A stretch of DNA of 41,024 nucleotides from a virus. Its lineage: Duplodnaviria > Caudoviricetes. Both the position numbers and the translations under genes were made by a program. Location: positions 1 to 41,024 of the IMG/VR virus record IMGVR_UViG_3300042510_000134; one strand, 5' to 3'. The notes under the pieces are model-generated. The model saw only the letters and a list, made by a program, of their open reading frames with translations, was not told where the DNA came from and did not search any database. Below are positions 32,701 through 41,024 of this stretch, piece by piece; within the stretch, counting starts at the first letter, position 1, and each line of letters starts with the position of its first letter.

Positions 32701-33701
32701 CCACAGAGGTAGTTAATAGACCACAGATATCAGTAAGAAACGAATCAGCCTGGACTAAATCTGGTGTGGCAGTGACAGCCACATCAGCCAGCGATGTAGC
32801 CAGACAAGCAGGACTTGACTGGTCGGTATCACTACACGATGTGACCACTACCTATCAGATTCCAGGTAAAGGATTACCCTTCCACATACCAGTCAATAAC
32901 AAGAAAGCAGTTGTTAAGACAACACCAGCAGGTGAGGTAATACCACTTGGTATTGTCGGCAACAAGTACAAGCCGCTACAAAATGCTGAAATATTCTCAG
33001 TGCTAGATACCCTGATTGATTCAGGAGATGCACGGTATGCAGCAGCAGGTGAGTATGCAGCAGGTGCCAAAGTATGGATGCTTATGCAGTTGCCTATTGA
33101 AATGGAAATCAAAGGTGACCCACACGCAGCATTCCTGCTAGCCAAAACTACACACGATGGTAGTGGCTCTGTTCTTATCCGCCCTATTATCGAACGGTTA
33201 TTCTGTCACAATCAGATTAACAAAATCTATCGGGCTACTGATAAGAAGCGTACTTATATGCTACGTCATACAACTAACTCTAAGTTAGATGTTAATGATG
33301 TCCGTGGCATTCTTGATATTGCCTACACAACTATTGATGACTACACAGTTATGTCAGAAGCAATGCTTGAGCGTCAAGTTACCCGCCAGTATGCAGTGGA
33401 TTACTTCAAGAAAGTATTCCCACTACCTAGCAAGATAGAAAATGCACCCGTTCCACTGCTATCTGCAGGTGAAAAGATGCAACGCACCAATGCCCTCAAT
33501 CACAGAGCCAGAAGCCTAGACATATACGAGAACAGTCCTACTCAGGAGAACATCCGAGAGACTGCCTTCGGTCTATGGCAGGCAGTTATTGAGTATGCCG
33601 ACCACGGCAAACCAGGTAGGTCAAAGTCACTAGGCGTTAGAACAATGTCAGGTGGCAGTGATAGCCTAAAAATAAGAGCGCAAGAACTAGCACTAGCATA
33701 G
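32697..33701 (+). CDS. DUF932 family (phage/plasmid-like TIGR03299) protein
   Basis: AGLDWSV, LGIVGNKYKPLQN.E.F, HDGSGS, R.FC.NQ, RHT and TAFGLWQAV.EY.DH motifs. Confidence 0.8.
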   Translation: MTTEVVNRPQISVRNESAWTKSGVAVTATSASDVARQAGLDWSVSLHDVTTTYQIPGKGLPFHIPVNNKKAVVKTTPAGEVIPLGIVGNKYKPLQNAEIFSVLDTLIDSGDARYAAAGEYAAGAKVWMLMQLPIEMEIKGDPHAAFLLAKTTHDGSGSVLIRPIIERLFCHNQINKIYRATDKKRTYMLRHTTNSKLDVNDVRGILDIAYTTIDDYTVMSEAMLERQVTRQYAVDYFKKVFPLPSKIENAPVPLLSAGEKMQRTNALNHRARSLDIYENSPTQENIRETAFGLWQAVIEYADHGKPGRSKSLGVRTMSGGSDSLKIRAQELALA

Positions 33702-33711
33702 GAGACTAACA

Positions 33712-34152
33712 ATGGAAATTATTTATACAGATAAAGACGGAACAACAGTTAAGTTCACCGAAGAGATGGCTATCGCAGCCATCACTGAACGCGATGCACT
33801 ACGCACACAACTAAGCGCCTCTCAAGATAGAGCATCGGAACGCTATGGAAAGATAGTAGATATAAGAGATAAGGTTCATTTGTTCTTTACTGAACGTAAT
33901 GATGGTGATGACAATGATGATATAACCTGTACTGTAGAAGATGTCAACGAACTACTCAGAAGTATTGGCTCTGACGAACTCAAAACATTATGGACAGTAA
34001 TAGGCACCATTGATTTTACAGTTAATAATATCTATGCATCCAATGAAGAAGAAGCAAATGACTATGTAATGAATGAGTTATCTGCTGAACTTGGTGGAGA
34101 TGCTGAGTTATCTGACTGGCAAATTGATATCAAAAGCACAGAGCAAGATTAA
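33712..34152 (+). CDS. Acidic hypothetical protein
   Basis: 146 aa, AGGAG SD. Confidence 0.6.
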   Translation: MEIIYTDKDGTTVKFTEEMAIAAITERDALRTQLSASQDRASERYGKIVDIRDKVHLFFTERNDGDDNDDITCTVEDVNELLRSIGSDELKTLWTVIGTIDFTVNNIYASNEEEANDYVMNELSAELGGDAELSDWQIDIKSTEQD

Positions 34153-34155
34153 CTA

Positions 34156-34329
34156 ATGCCCAAGATAGCAGACCATACCTATGATGAGGCACTGCTATCT
34201 AGTAAATGTATGGCAGGTAAGCACAAAGAATGCGGTGGTATCGTGGTCATCGGTATCCGTGCATTAAGGAGACAGTGTGCTTGCCAATGCCATCTCACAT
34301 CAGAGCAATCAGATACCCGTTCTATCTGA
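34156..34329 (+). CDS. Small Cys/His protein (57 aa)
   Basis: SKC..GKH..C...CACQCH motif, common in actinobacteriophage small proteins. Confidence 0.55.
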   Translation: MPKIADHTYDEALLSSKCMAGKHKECGGIVVIGIRALRRQCACQCHLTSEQSDTRSI

Positions 34330-34335
34330 TACACT
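34327..34335 (+). promoter_or_regulatory. Extended -10 promoter element TG-A-TACACT
   Basis: Matches TGnTAnnnT and would start transcription just before the leader hairpin at 34345. Confidence 0.5.
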
Positions 34336-34344
34336 CTGCCTACT

Positions 34345-34402
34345 GAGATGGGCTGGAGTTTGATTAGTCTCCTTTTCCAGCCCGTCTCTTTTACAAGGAG
34401 AC
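34345..34402 (+). promoter_or_regulatory. Predicted SD-sequestering pseudoknot leader (copy B)
   Basis: 13 bp stem 34345-34357/34376-34388; loop GUCUCCUU (34367-34374) is the exact complement of AAGGAGAC (34395-34402). Confidence 0.6.
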
Positions 34403-34411
34403 AAGGGAAAT

Positions 34412-35197
34412 ATGAAAATAGAAATAGAACGTGATAGGTACGGACGACCATTAATAATTCCTAAAGCAGGAGGCAAGCCAGTTGCTTACACAAGAGCAAC
34501 TACAATTGCCAACAGTTTAGATGACGGCTCAGCACTAACAGCCTGGAAGATGCGTATGGCTGCAATAGGTTTAACAGTACGCAATGATTTACTACTAGCC
34601 ATCAGCGCAGCAGGCGATGACAAGATGGCTATTAACAAGTTGATAGAAGATGCTATGGAAGTAGCAGGCGCTAGCCGTGCAGCCAGTATCGGCACAGCAC
34701 TACACGCAATAGCAGAGAAACTAGATTTGGGACAGTCACCTGGCCCAATACCAGACGAATGGGCAGGGGACATCCGAGCCTATGAACAAACAACAGGACA
34801 TCTCAAGAAATTCTTTATAGAACAGTTCTGCGTGTTGGATAAGTACAAGATTGCTGGTACTCCCGACAGGATAATTGAATATAAAGGTGAGAAGTTCATT
34901 GCAGATATAAAGACTGGTCGCATTGACCATCCCAATAACATTGCTATTCAGTTAGCAATTTACGCCAACGGCTCCCCGTATGACGTTGCTACGGGTCGCC
35001 GTGGTAGTTGGGGTGATATCAATAAAGAAAAAGCAGTTATCATCCATCTTCCAGCAGGAACTGGTCTATGCAAATTAGTTTGGATAGACATTAAAGAGGG
35101 CTGGAAAGGAGTACAATTCGCAATGAAAGTAAGACAGTGGCGAGACAAGAAAGGTCTCGTTACTCCATTTGAAGAACAGGAGACAATCAGTGGCTAG
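34412..35197 (+). CDS. PD-(D/E)XK exonuclease (RecB/RecE-like)
   Basis: RDRYGRP..YTRATT start, GTALH, E..AGTPDR..IADIKTG..QLAIYA. Confidence 0.85.
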   Translation: MKIEIERDRYGRPLIIPKAGGKPVAYTRATTIANSLDDGSALTAWKMRMAAIGLTVRNDLLLAISAAGDDKMAINKLIEDAMEVAGASRAASIGTALHAIAEKLDLGQSPGPIPDEWAGDIRAYEQTTGHLKKFFIEQFCVLDKYKIAGTPDRIIEYKGEKFIADIKTGRIDHPNNIAIQLAIYANGSPYDVATGRRGSWGDINKEKAVIIHLPAGTGLCKLVWIDIKEGWKGVQFAMKVRQWRDKKGLVTPFEEQETISG

Positions 35198-35633
35198 CAC
35201 TGAAGCACCTATCAGTATCACAGTTAAGACAACAGCAGGCTCACTAGTAACAGTCCGTGCAGAGCACGGAGATGAACTAGACCAGTTGGTAGCAACAGCA
35301 TTGGAGGCTATCAAGTCAGCAGTAACAGAACTTGAATCAGCCATCAAAGCAACAGCACCAACAGTAATGGCACCAGCACAGATAGCAGCAGCACTTAGCA
35401 CATCTATCGTTGACACTGGAGGCTGGTCATCAGCACCAGTTGTTCAATCAATCGGTGGCAAGAATTGCCCTCACGGCAAGATGACTGCTATCCAAGGGAC
35501 AGGTAAAGATGGTTCCACTTATCGTGGTTACTTCTGCCCAGCACAGAAGGGTGCAATTGACAAGTGCAGAAATGTATATGTCAAAGCAGGCTCACCAGAA
35601 TGGAATACATTTGTTGCTGAACAAGTGAAGTAA
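35190..35633 (+). CDS. Conserved replication-region protein with C-terminal zinc ribbon
   Basis: GTG start after AGGAG; CPHGKM...G...YRGYFCP...C motif as in actinophage proteins located between exonuclease and helicase. Confidence 0.6.
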   Translation: MASTEAPISITVKTTAGSLVTVRAEHGDELDQLVATALEAIKSAVTELESAIKATAPTVMAPAQIAAALSTSIVDTGGWSSAPVVQSIGGKNCPHGKMTAIQGTGKDGSTYRGYFCPAQKGAIDKCRNVYVKAGSPEWNTFVAEQVK

Positions 35634-36442
35634 TGCGTACACTCAGACGCAGCATTAACAAAGCAGAGGTAGGCGGAGAACCATTACCGCCTGCCTTTGC
35701 TGCATTTGAACGGGCAGGAATTATCCTGCGCCGTGCAGAAATTACAATGATTGCTGGCGCTCCAGGTGCTGGTAAATCATCTATTGCACTGGCTATTGCA
35801 GCCAGAGCAAAGGTACCTACGCTGTATTTCAGCGCAGATACTAACGCTCACACTATGGCTATGAGATTACTTGCTATGTCTAGTCGCATTACACAGACAG
35901 CAGCAGAACAGATGCTCAAGCGTGAGCCACAAGCAGCAGAAGATATACTTACCCTTAATAATCATTTGTTCTGGTCTTTTGAATCCACTCCCACTCTTAA
36001 AGATTTAGATGAAGAGGTCAGTGCATTTGAAACAGTTTGGGGTAGAAGTCCTACACTTATAGTTGTAGATAACCTAATGGATATTGCAATGGATGGACAC
36101 GAAGAATTCCAGGGTATGCGTGCGGCAATGAAGGAGTTGAAGTATCTTGCAAGAGATACCAACTCCGCCGTGCTTGTTCTGCACCATACCAAGGAAGGCT
36201 TTGATAACTATCCTTGCCAGCCTAGGTCAGCAGTACAAGGGCTGGTCAATCAGATACCAGCAATGGTATTAACTATCGGTCAGATGAAACAGGGTGATGA
36301 AACCTATCTATGTGTAGCCCCAGTCAAGAACAGATACGGGCGAGCAGACCAGACAGGTAACAACTATGTCAGCCTAGCCTTCAACCCTGACAGTATGTAT
36401 CTAGAAGATGTACAAATCAAATACACACAGGAGACAATGTAA
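35633..36442 (+). CDS. DnaB-like (SF4) helicase, ATPase domain only
   Basis: GAPGAGKS Walker A, LIVVDNL Walker B, VLHH, VKNRYG. Confidence 0.85.
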   Translation: MRTLRRSINKAEVGGEPLPPAFAAFERAGIILRRAEITMIAGAPGAGKSSIALAIAARAKVPTLYFSADTNAHTMAMRLLAMSSRITQTAAEQMLKREPQAAEDILTLNNHLFWSFESTPTLKDLDEEVSAFETVWGRSPTLIVVDNLMDIAMDGHEEFQGMRAAMKELKYLARDTNSAVLVLHHTKEGFDNYPCQPRSAVQGLVNQIPAMVLTIGQMKQGDETYLCVAPVKNRYGRADQTGNNYVSLAFNPDSMYLEDVQIKYTQETM

Positions 36443-36618
36443 TGGAAATTAAAATATGGGATTGTTCATTCAGCAAAGAAGATGTAGAAGTATCAATAGG
36501 TAGAGCACTAACAGATGGTGAATGGAACATAGTAGTTGATGAGTTATATAATAACGACACTCTTTACAATACGGTTCAAGCACAAGTAACTAAGATTGCA
36601 TTGGCAGCAATTGAGTAG
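36442..36618 (+). CDS. Hypothetical protein (58 aa)
   Basis: MEIKIWDCSFSKEDVE...; TAATG coupling; AGGAG upstream. Confidence 0.5.
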   Translation: MEIKIWDCSFSKEDVEVSIGRALTDGEWNIVVDELYNNDTLYNTVQAQVTKIALAAIE

Positions 36619-36946
36619 TGCAGCCAAACGCAAAGGCAGCGGAGCAGAACGAGATGTAGTTGCTTGGCTTAAAGCCAACGGCTATGTCTATGCAGACCGC
36701 AGATTAGCAGGTGCTACCCTTGATAAAGGTGACATCAGTGGCATACCAGGAGTAACAATAGAAATTAAGAACCACGCTAAGTTAGACCTTGCAGGCTGGA
36801 TAGCAGAGTTAGAAGTAGAGATGAAGAATGATGGAGCGTGGACAGGAACTGTGCTTCACAAACGCAAAGGAAAAGGAGATGTAGGAGAATGGTACGCAAC
36901 AATGCCAGCAAAAGTATGGTTAGAATTAATAAAGAAAATCTTATGA
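36611..36946 (+). CDS. Holliday junction resolvase (Hjc-like PD-(D/E)XK)
   Basis: KRKG..AER.V..L...G...RR..G..DKGDI.G....IEIKN; TTG start. Confidence 0.7.
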   Translation: MSSAAKRKGSGAERDVVAWLKANGYVYADRRLAGATLDKGDISGIPGVTIEIKNHAKLDLAGWIAELEVEMKNDGAWTGTVLHKRKGKGDVGEWYATMPAKVWLELIKKIL

Positions 36947-37122
36947 AAGAATTAGAAGAACAAAAAGATTGGCATAATTATTTGTTTAATGTGTATAGTA
37001 AAAATAAAGAAACAAAAGTAGATGCAGAATGCCATATGATGGCTGCTTTTACATTGATACGTACAATGCAATCAATAGAAAAATATATAGAAGAAGCAAA
37101 CAATTTACAAATTGTTAATTGA
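36943..37122 (+). CDS. Hypothetical protein
   Basis: ATGA coupling; AT-rich 59 aa ORF. Confidence 0.45.
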   Translation: MKELEEQKDWHNYLFNVYSKNKETKVDAECHMMAAFTLIRTMQSIEKYIEEANNLQIVN

Positions 37123-37123
37123 A

Positions 37124-37516
37124 ATGGAGAAACATAGTATTGCTGCATACCTAGAGTATGTAGGCGCCGCCGTGCCGTCAGGCGGGCACGGCTGGCGCAA
37201 GATAAAATGCCCATTCCACACAGATAAACACGCATCTGCTGGAGTTAACTTTGATGAAGGTAGATTCAAATGCCACGGATGCGGTGTCGGTGGAGATGTT
37301 TACGATTTAATTATGCACAAAGAAGGAGGTAACTATCGTGAGGCTGTCAAATTCGCAGAGGCAATTTCTCCTACAGGCAGCGACAGAATACGCCAAACAC
37401 ATAAACCAAGCAGCAGACTATCTAGCAACGCGGGGTCTGTCGGTAGAAGACACAAAGATGTTTCACCTAGGAGTAGTGGACAATCCATTTCCAGGACACG
37501 AAGGCTACAAGGGTAA
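37124..37516 (+). CDS. DNA primase zinc-binding (CHC2) subunit
   Basis: CPFH.DKHAS...FKCHGCGVGGD.YDLI...EG..Y.EA. Confidence 0.85.
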   Translation: MEKHSIAAYLEYVGAAVPSGGHGWRKIKCPFHTDKHASAGVNFDEGRFKCHGCGVGGDVYDLIMHKEGGNYREAVKFAEAISPTGSDRIRQTHKPSSRLSSNAGSVGRRHKDVSPRSSGQSISRTRRLQG

Positions 37517-37964
37517 GTTAGTTATACCTTACGTCACCCCATCAGGGGTGGTTGACCTGCGGTTTCGTAGTATCGGGGGCGAAGACCCTAAGTACATAGG
37601 ACTACCAGGAGCAAAGACAACTATGTTCAATGCTCAGACAGTTCTAACAGCCAACGGATATATCTGTGTCACCGAAGGTGAGATAGATTGTATTACGGTG
37701 GCAGCCAAGACAGGACATCCAGCCGTAGGCATACCAGGTGCTAACAACTGGAAGCCTTATTACAGCAAGATACTTGATGACTTCGACACCGTGATAGTAC
37801 TAGCAGATGGCGACAGTCCAGGGCTAGAATTTGGTAAGAAGATAAGTAGAGAGTTAGGCAATGTTAATATAGTTCAGATGCCCGAAGGGCACGATGTCAA
37901 CAGCATCGTCTTACAAGAAGGGGCTGCGTGGTTAGATGAAAGAATCAGAAAGTGCTTCGTATAA
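37338..37964 (+). CDS. DNA primase catalytic (TOPRIM) subunit
   Basis: YLATRGL, IPY, PKY, VTEGEID, DGDSPG, DVN motifs; own AAGGAGGT SD before GTG. Confidence 0.85.
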   Translation: MRLSNSQRQFLLQAATEYAKHINQAADYLATRGLSVEDTKMFHLGVVDNPFPGHEGYKGKLVIPYVTPSGVVDLRFRSIGGEDPKYIGLPGAKTTMFNAQTVLTANGYICVTEGEIDCITVAAKTGHPAVGIPGANNWKPYYSKILDDFDTVIVLADGDSPGLEFGKKISRELGNVNIVQMPEGHDVNSIVLQEGAAWLDERIRKCFV

Positions 37965-38247
37965 TAACGAAGTAAATGTATGGGATTACATTAGAGATAA
38001 CCCTATGCTTATGGGGCTACCCATATCAGATACCAAGGGGATAGATATTCTTGCAGCACTGCGAGATATCTATGTAGCCTTAGGTGAAGATGTGACTCAA
38101 TCCAAAACCCTACTCAGCCTACTAGCCACAGTCCTAGTGGGAGCAGCAGAGGGTCAAGGCAAAGAAGTAATGGAAGAAGTAATGGTTATGGAAGCAATGC
38201 AAAAACTAGACAATAATCTAAAAGGGATACTTGATGAAGGACAATAA
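37936..38247 (+). CDS. Hypothetical protein
   Basis: 103 aa ORF tiling the operon; start uncertain. Confidence 0.5.
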   Translation: MKESESASYNNEVNVWDYIRDNPMLMGLPISDTKGIDILAALRDIYVALGEDVTQSKTLLSLLATVLVGAAEGQGKEVMEEVMVMEAMQKLDNNLKGILDEGQ

Positions 38248-38539
38248 GCATTTAGAAGACATCTTGCTAGAACTAAAAGTAATTATGATACGCAAGCATC
38301 AAGACTACGGCCCCTTAAATATAGCCAATGCCCCAGGTGGGGCAATGAATGGGCTGATAGTCAGGATGCACGATAAGATGACACGGCTAGAAAACCTCCA
38401 CTACAACAACAAAGGCAACACGCCCAACTATGAACCAATAGAAGATACCCTGTTAGATTTAGCAAACTATGCCATAATAGGACTAATGGTACAAAGAGGT
38501 TTTTGGGAAGGCTTGAATGGCACAGGAGTACATAACTGA
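38231..38539 (+). CDS. DUF1599 / nucleotide-modification-associated (MazG-like all-alpha) protein
   Basis: K..DYG...R..DK..RL...E.IEDTLLDLANYAII. Confidence 0.7.
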   Translation: MMKDNKHLEDILLELKVIMIRKHQDYGPLNIANAPGGAMNGLIVRMHDKMTRLENLHYNNKGNTPNYEPIEDTLLDLANYAIIGLMVQRGFWEGLNGTGVHN

Positions 38540-39182
38540 ATATGACGCTTTAGTAGCGTCACTTGCAGTCGAGTATCAACGAAGGTATCCGATGCTTGAA
38601 GTGTTAGATATACGACAGGTGTTATGGCTCTGGTTCCTAACCCATTCTAGAAAGTATGCCGAGTGGTCTGCGTTAGACCGAAAAGATAAAGACAAGTTGA
38701 TAGCCAAGTCTTTACGGAATGCAGCGTTAAAGTTCTGCGAAAAAGAAAAAGCCAACACGGTTGGCTACGAGTTGATAGATGTTTATTACTACGATGCCAC
38801 AGTTATAGAAGCATTCCTGCCTAGCATTATTTCTGAAACATATGAGATGCCAACCAAGATTAAAGACCTAAACTTTAAATTCAATAAGTCAGAACCCAGC
38901 AACGATGGCAACAACTGGCTAGTACTACGTTCAGATATAGCAGCAGCCTACTACAGGTTATCGGAAGCCAAACAAAACATACTCAGGATTAAGTTCAGCA
39001 CAGAGAACAGCGACTGGGCAGAGATAGGTAAAGATTTAGATACAACAGCAGATGGTGCACGTATGAAGGTGCAGCGTGCAGTCAATTCGTTAGTAAGAAT
39101 TTTAGGTGGATGGCGTCCATTTGCAGACAATGACTCTCCAGTTGTAGAGGAAGATGAAGATGAGCCAACCGAAACACATTAG
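38517..39182 (+). CDS. Sigma-70-like transcription factor
   Basis: Region 2-like N-terminus (DIRQ.LWLW...LRN.A..FC.KEK) and region 4 HTH (L....Q.IL...F......AEIG..L....A...V.RA...L). Confidence 0.65.
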   Translation: MAQEYITEYDALVASLAVEYQRRYPMLEVLDIRQVLWLWFLTHSRKYAEWSALDRKDKDKLIAKSLRNAALKFCEKEKANTVGYELIDVYYYDATVIEAFLPSIISETYEMPTKIKDLNFKFNKSEPSNDGNNWLVLRSDIAAAYYRLSEAKQNILRIKFSTENSDWAEIGKDLDTTADGARMKVQRAVNSLVRILGGWRPFADNDSPVVEEDEDEPTETH

Positions 39183-39399
39183 AGACCTGCTTCATATCAA
39201 GGACTATAGCAAGGCTATGGACCTACGTGGTGAGCCGACAGAGGTATGCGTCTGTGGATGTGATGTCTTTATTATGTTAGGTGGATTTGTAGATGGGGAG
39301 ATAGCCTTTTATTTTACAGACGGGGAGTGTGCTAGTTGTGGCAGTATGGTAACTCTGCCTACCCCATCAGGAGAGGATGACGGCATTGCCACTTTATGA
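39160..39399 (+). CDS. Small zinc-ribbon protein
   Basis: CVCGCDVF...CASCG. Confidence 0.6.
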   Translation: MSQPKHIRDLLHIKDYSKAMDLRGEPTEVCVCGCDVFIMLGGFVDGEIAFYFTDGECASCGSMVTLPTPSGEDDGIATL

Positions 39400-39547
39400 T
39401 TTTCAATGCAAGGCTTGCGGTGCATTGACAGAACACACAGAGAACATACCGCCAGCCTGTCATCTTTGTGGAGAGATGATGGCTAGACTATGGACATCAA
39501 CGCCAGTGCACTTCAAAGGCACAGGCTTCTATGTAACAGGAGGATAA
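39386..39547 (+). CDS. FmdB-family zinc-ribbon protein (53 aa)
   Basis: (M)PLYDFQCKACG...CHLCGEMM.R......FKGTGFYVT; TTG start after GAGGA. Confidence 0.75.
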   Translation: MPLYDFQCKACGALTEHTENIPPACHLCGEMMARLWTSTPVHFKGTGFYVTGG

Positions 39548-39549
39548 CA

Positions 39550-39735
39550 ATGCCATATTATGGACGTGATTTAACAAAAAATACTTCATTACATATGGGA
39601 TATTCAGTCAGGTTTGCACTTGGATTTACTATAACTAGATATGGGTTTGACTTAGATATAGGCCCTGCTTGGATATCTGTAGAGTTTAATAGATTATTTA
39701 AGAAACATTATGGGTTTGATTCGGATGACGAATGA
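39550..39735 (+). CDS. Hypothetical protein
   Basis: AGGAGG SD before ATG at 39550. Confidence 0.55.
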   Translation: MPYYGRDLTKNTSLHMGYSVRFALGFTITRYGFDLDIGPAWISVEFNRLFKKHYGFDSDDE

Positions 39736-39750
39736 TAGTAGAACTCAACC

Positions 39751-40047
39751 TTGCCTAGAACAAAAAATAAAACATATGATGAGCAGCGTATCTCACGGAT
39801 ACGTAGATATGGAATTGATGTTCCAGACTATAACCGTATCCTTGAAGAACAAGGCGGTGGTTGTTATATATGTGGTAAAAAACCAGAACCAAAACGAGCA
39901 TTGGATATAGACCATAACCACGCAACAGGAAATGTACGCGGACTACTTTGTTCTATACATAACAGAGGAATAGGTTTTTTTGAGGATAACCCAATACTAT
40001 TACTCAAAGCCATAGAGTATTTAATCAAGGATAGAAATGACAAATAA
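39751..40047 (+). CDS. Endonuclease VII-like (His-Me finger) nuclease
   Basis: YGI...Y......QGG.C.IC.....L.IDH.H.TG.VRGLLC..(H)N..IG. Confidence 0.8.
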   Translation: MPRTKNKTYDEQRISRIRRYGIDVPDYNRILEEQGGGCYICGKKPEPKRALDIDHNHATGNVRGLLCSIHNRGIGFFEDNPILLLKAIEYLIKDRNDK

Positions 40048-40435
40048 ATCTTCTTTTGATTTAGATTTTTCTTTTGGCAGAGAAGGAGAAGAATTAGTAG
40101 AACAACTCCTTACCAAAGGAAAACGAGTAGAAGTTAAACGAGATAGGAAATGGCAAGACACAGGGAATGTCTATATAGAGACCGCCTGTTTCTTTACTAA
40201 AAAAAATGAATGGGCACCTAGCGGACTAGCAGTAACAGAGGCAGAGTATTGGGCGTTTGTATTAAAAACAACAGTATTAATGATATCCACCCAAGTGTTA
40301 CAGTTTGCAGTCCAGACCTACGGCAAGGATATAACCTGCCAGATACCACCGAACTTATCCAAAGGCTACCTTGTAAAGGTGGTAGATTTAATAGAAGCAA
40401 CTAAAATGTTTTCTTTCCAGCCAGGGGAAGGCTGA
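40037..40435 (+). CDS. Conserved phage protein, PD-(D/E)XK-like
   Basis: FD.D..FG..GE...EVKRD....TGNVYIE....PSGL..T.A.YW. Confidence 0.6.
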   Translation: MTNKSSFDLDFSFGREGEELVEQLLTKGKRVEVKRDRKWQDTGNVYIETACFFTKKNEWAPSGLAVTEAEYWAFVLKTTVLMISTQVLQFAVQTYGKDITCQIPPNLSKGYLVKVVDLIEATKMFSFQPGEG

Positions 40436-40445
40436 TAGAAAGCAA

Positions 40446-40483
40446 AATAGACCCCCTATCCAATTAAGGTAGGGGGTCTATTT
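40446..40483. terminator. Bidirectional terminator between convergent arms
   Basis: AAATAGACCCCCTA...TAGGGGGTCTATTT inverted repeat. Confidence 0.8.
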
Positions 40484-40517
40484 GTGTCTGTAATCGCCTT
40501 ATAGGGCGTTTAAAGGG

Positions 40518-40703
40518 CTACTTAGCACCTCTGCCAAACTCAGGGGCAGATGGGTCTAACCACTTCAATACTGGTCCAAGGAGACCAGCAAGTGCTGCTG
40601 TTCCTAGAACCTTAAGGTTAGTTTCTCCTGCTAGGTAGAGTGCGATGGCAGCGGCTGCTGCGGCACGGAACCAAGTCAGCGATAGTTGCTTTAGTTGTTC
40701 CAT
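40518..40703 (-). CDS. Holin (allele 2)
   Basis: 61 aa, clearly homologous but not identical to 966-1151. Confidence 0.7.
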   Translation of the reverse strand: MEQLKQLSLTWFRAAAAAAIALYLAGETNLKVLGTAALAGLLGPVLKWLDPSAPEFGRGAK

Positions 40704-41024
40704 TAGATTGCCTTTCGTTTTGTATTGTGAACCTTACAGCAGGTACATACTGGTACCACAGTGGTACCTTCTGCAACCTTCTTCTTAGGCTGTGGCTGTA
40801 GTTTAGCCATAACCTGATTCACAACTTTAGGTTGATTCAGCCACCAGAACCAGGGGCTAGTGTCGCTACGGTGAGTAGCGCTAATAGAAATATGTAGATG
40901 CTTAACGTGAGGATTACTACCTGTGTACTTCCTATTGCCTTCTTTGCGTCTGGCTCTTGACCAAATTTTTTTATTGTATATGAGGTAATCCACTCGTTCA
41001 TCTTCTTTAAGTTTCTCAAAAATG
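40703..41024 (-). CDS. Endolysin C-terminal part (allele 2); 5' end continues at 1474 on the circle
   Basis: Homologous to 1152-1473, with substitutions up to 40925 and identity afterwards. Confidence 0.8.
   Translation of the reverse strand, partial: IFEKLKEDERVDYLIYNKKIWSRARRKEGNRKYTGSNPHVKHLHISISATHRSDTSPWFWWLNQPKVVNQVMAKLQPQPKKKVAEGTTVVPVCTCCKVHNTKRKAI

Noticed and set aside
40492-41024. True direct terminal repeat or biological gene duplication
   Set aside because: The repeat does not match the window start, is divergent except for the last 99 bp, and ends mid-gene; this fits an assembly loop better.

Overview
The window is essentially one complete ~39.5 kb genome of a lytic, short-tailed (podovirus-like) dsDNA phage. 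Its gene families point to an actinobacterial host, probably a low-GC freshwater lineage (inference). The minus-strand late arm (about 966-28725) runs terminase, portal, large internal virion proteins, scaffold, major capsid, small basic proteins, adaptor and tail proteins, a glycine-rich fibre, a glycosyltransferase and lysis genes. The plus-strand early and replication arm (29707-40435) encodes an SSB-like protein, secreted transglycosylase, DUF932 protein, PD-(D/E)XK exonuclease, DnaB-like helicase, resolvase, split primase, sigma-like factor and endonuclease VII. No DNA polymerase, integrase or tRNA was recognised. The last 99 bases (40926-41024) are identical to 1375-1473, so 1375-40925 closes into a 39,551 bp circle, and 1-1374 appears to come from a related phage with a second lysis allele and a different, oppositely oriented nuclease/replication module. 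Most notable: both modules, despite dissimilar leader sequences, start with the same predicted RNA pseudoknot, in which a hairpin loop pairs with the Shine-Dalgarno of the first nuclease gene. The ~1 kb divergent control region is also packed with perfect hairpins capped by 2-nt loops. All calls come from motif recognition by eye, not database searches.
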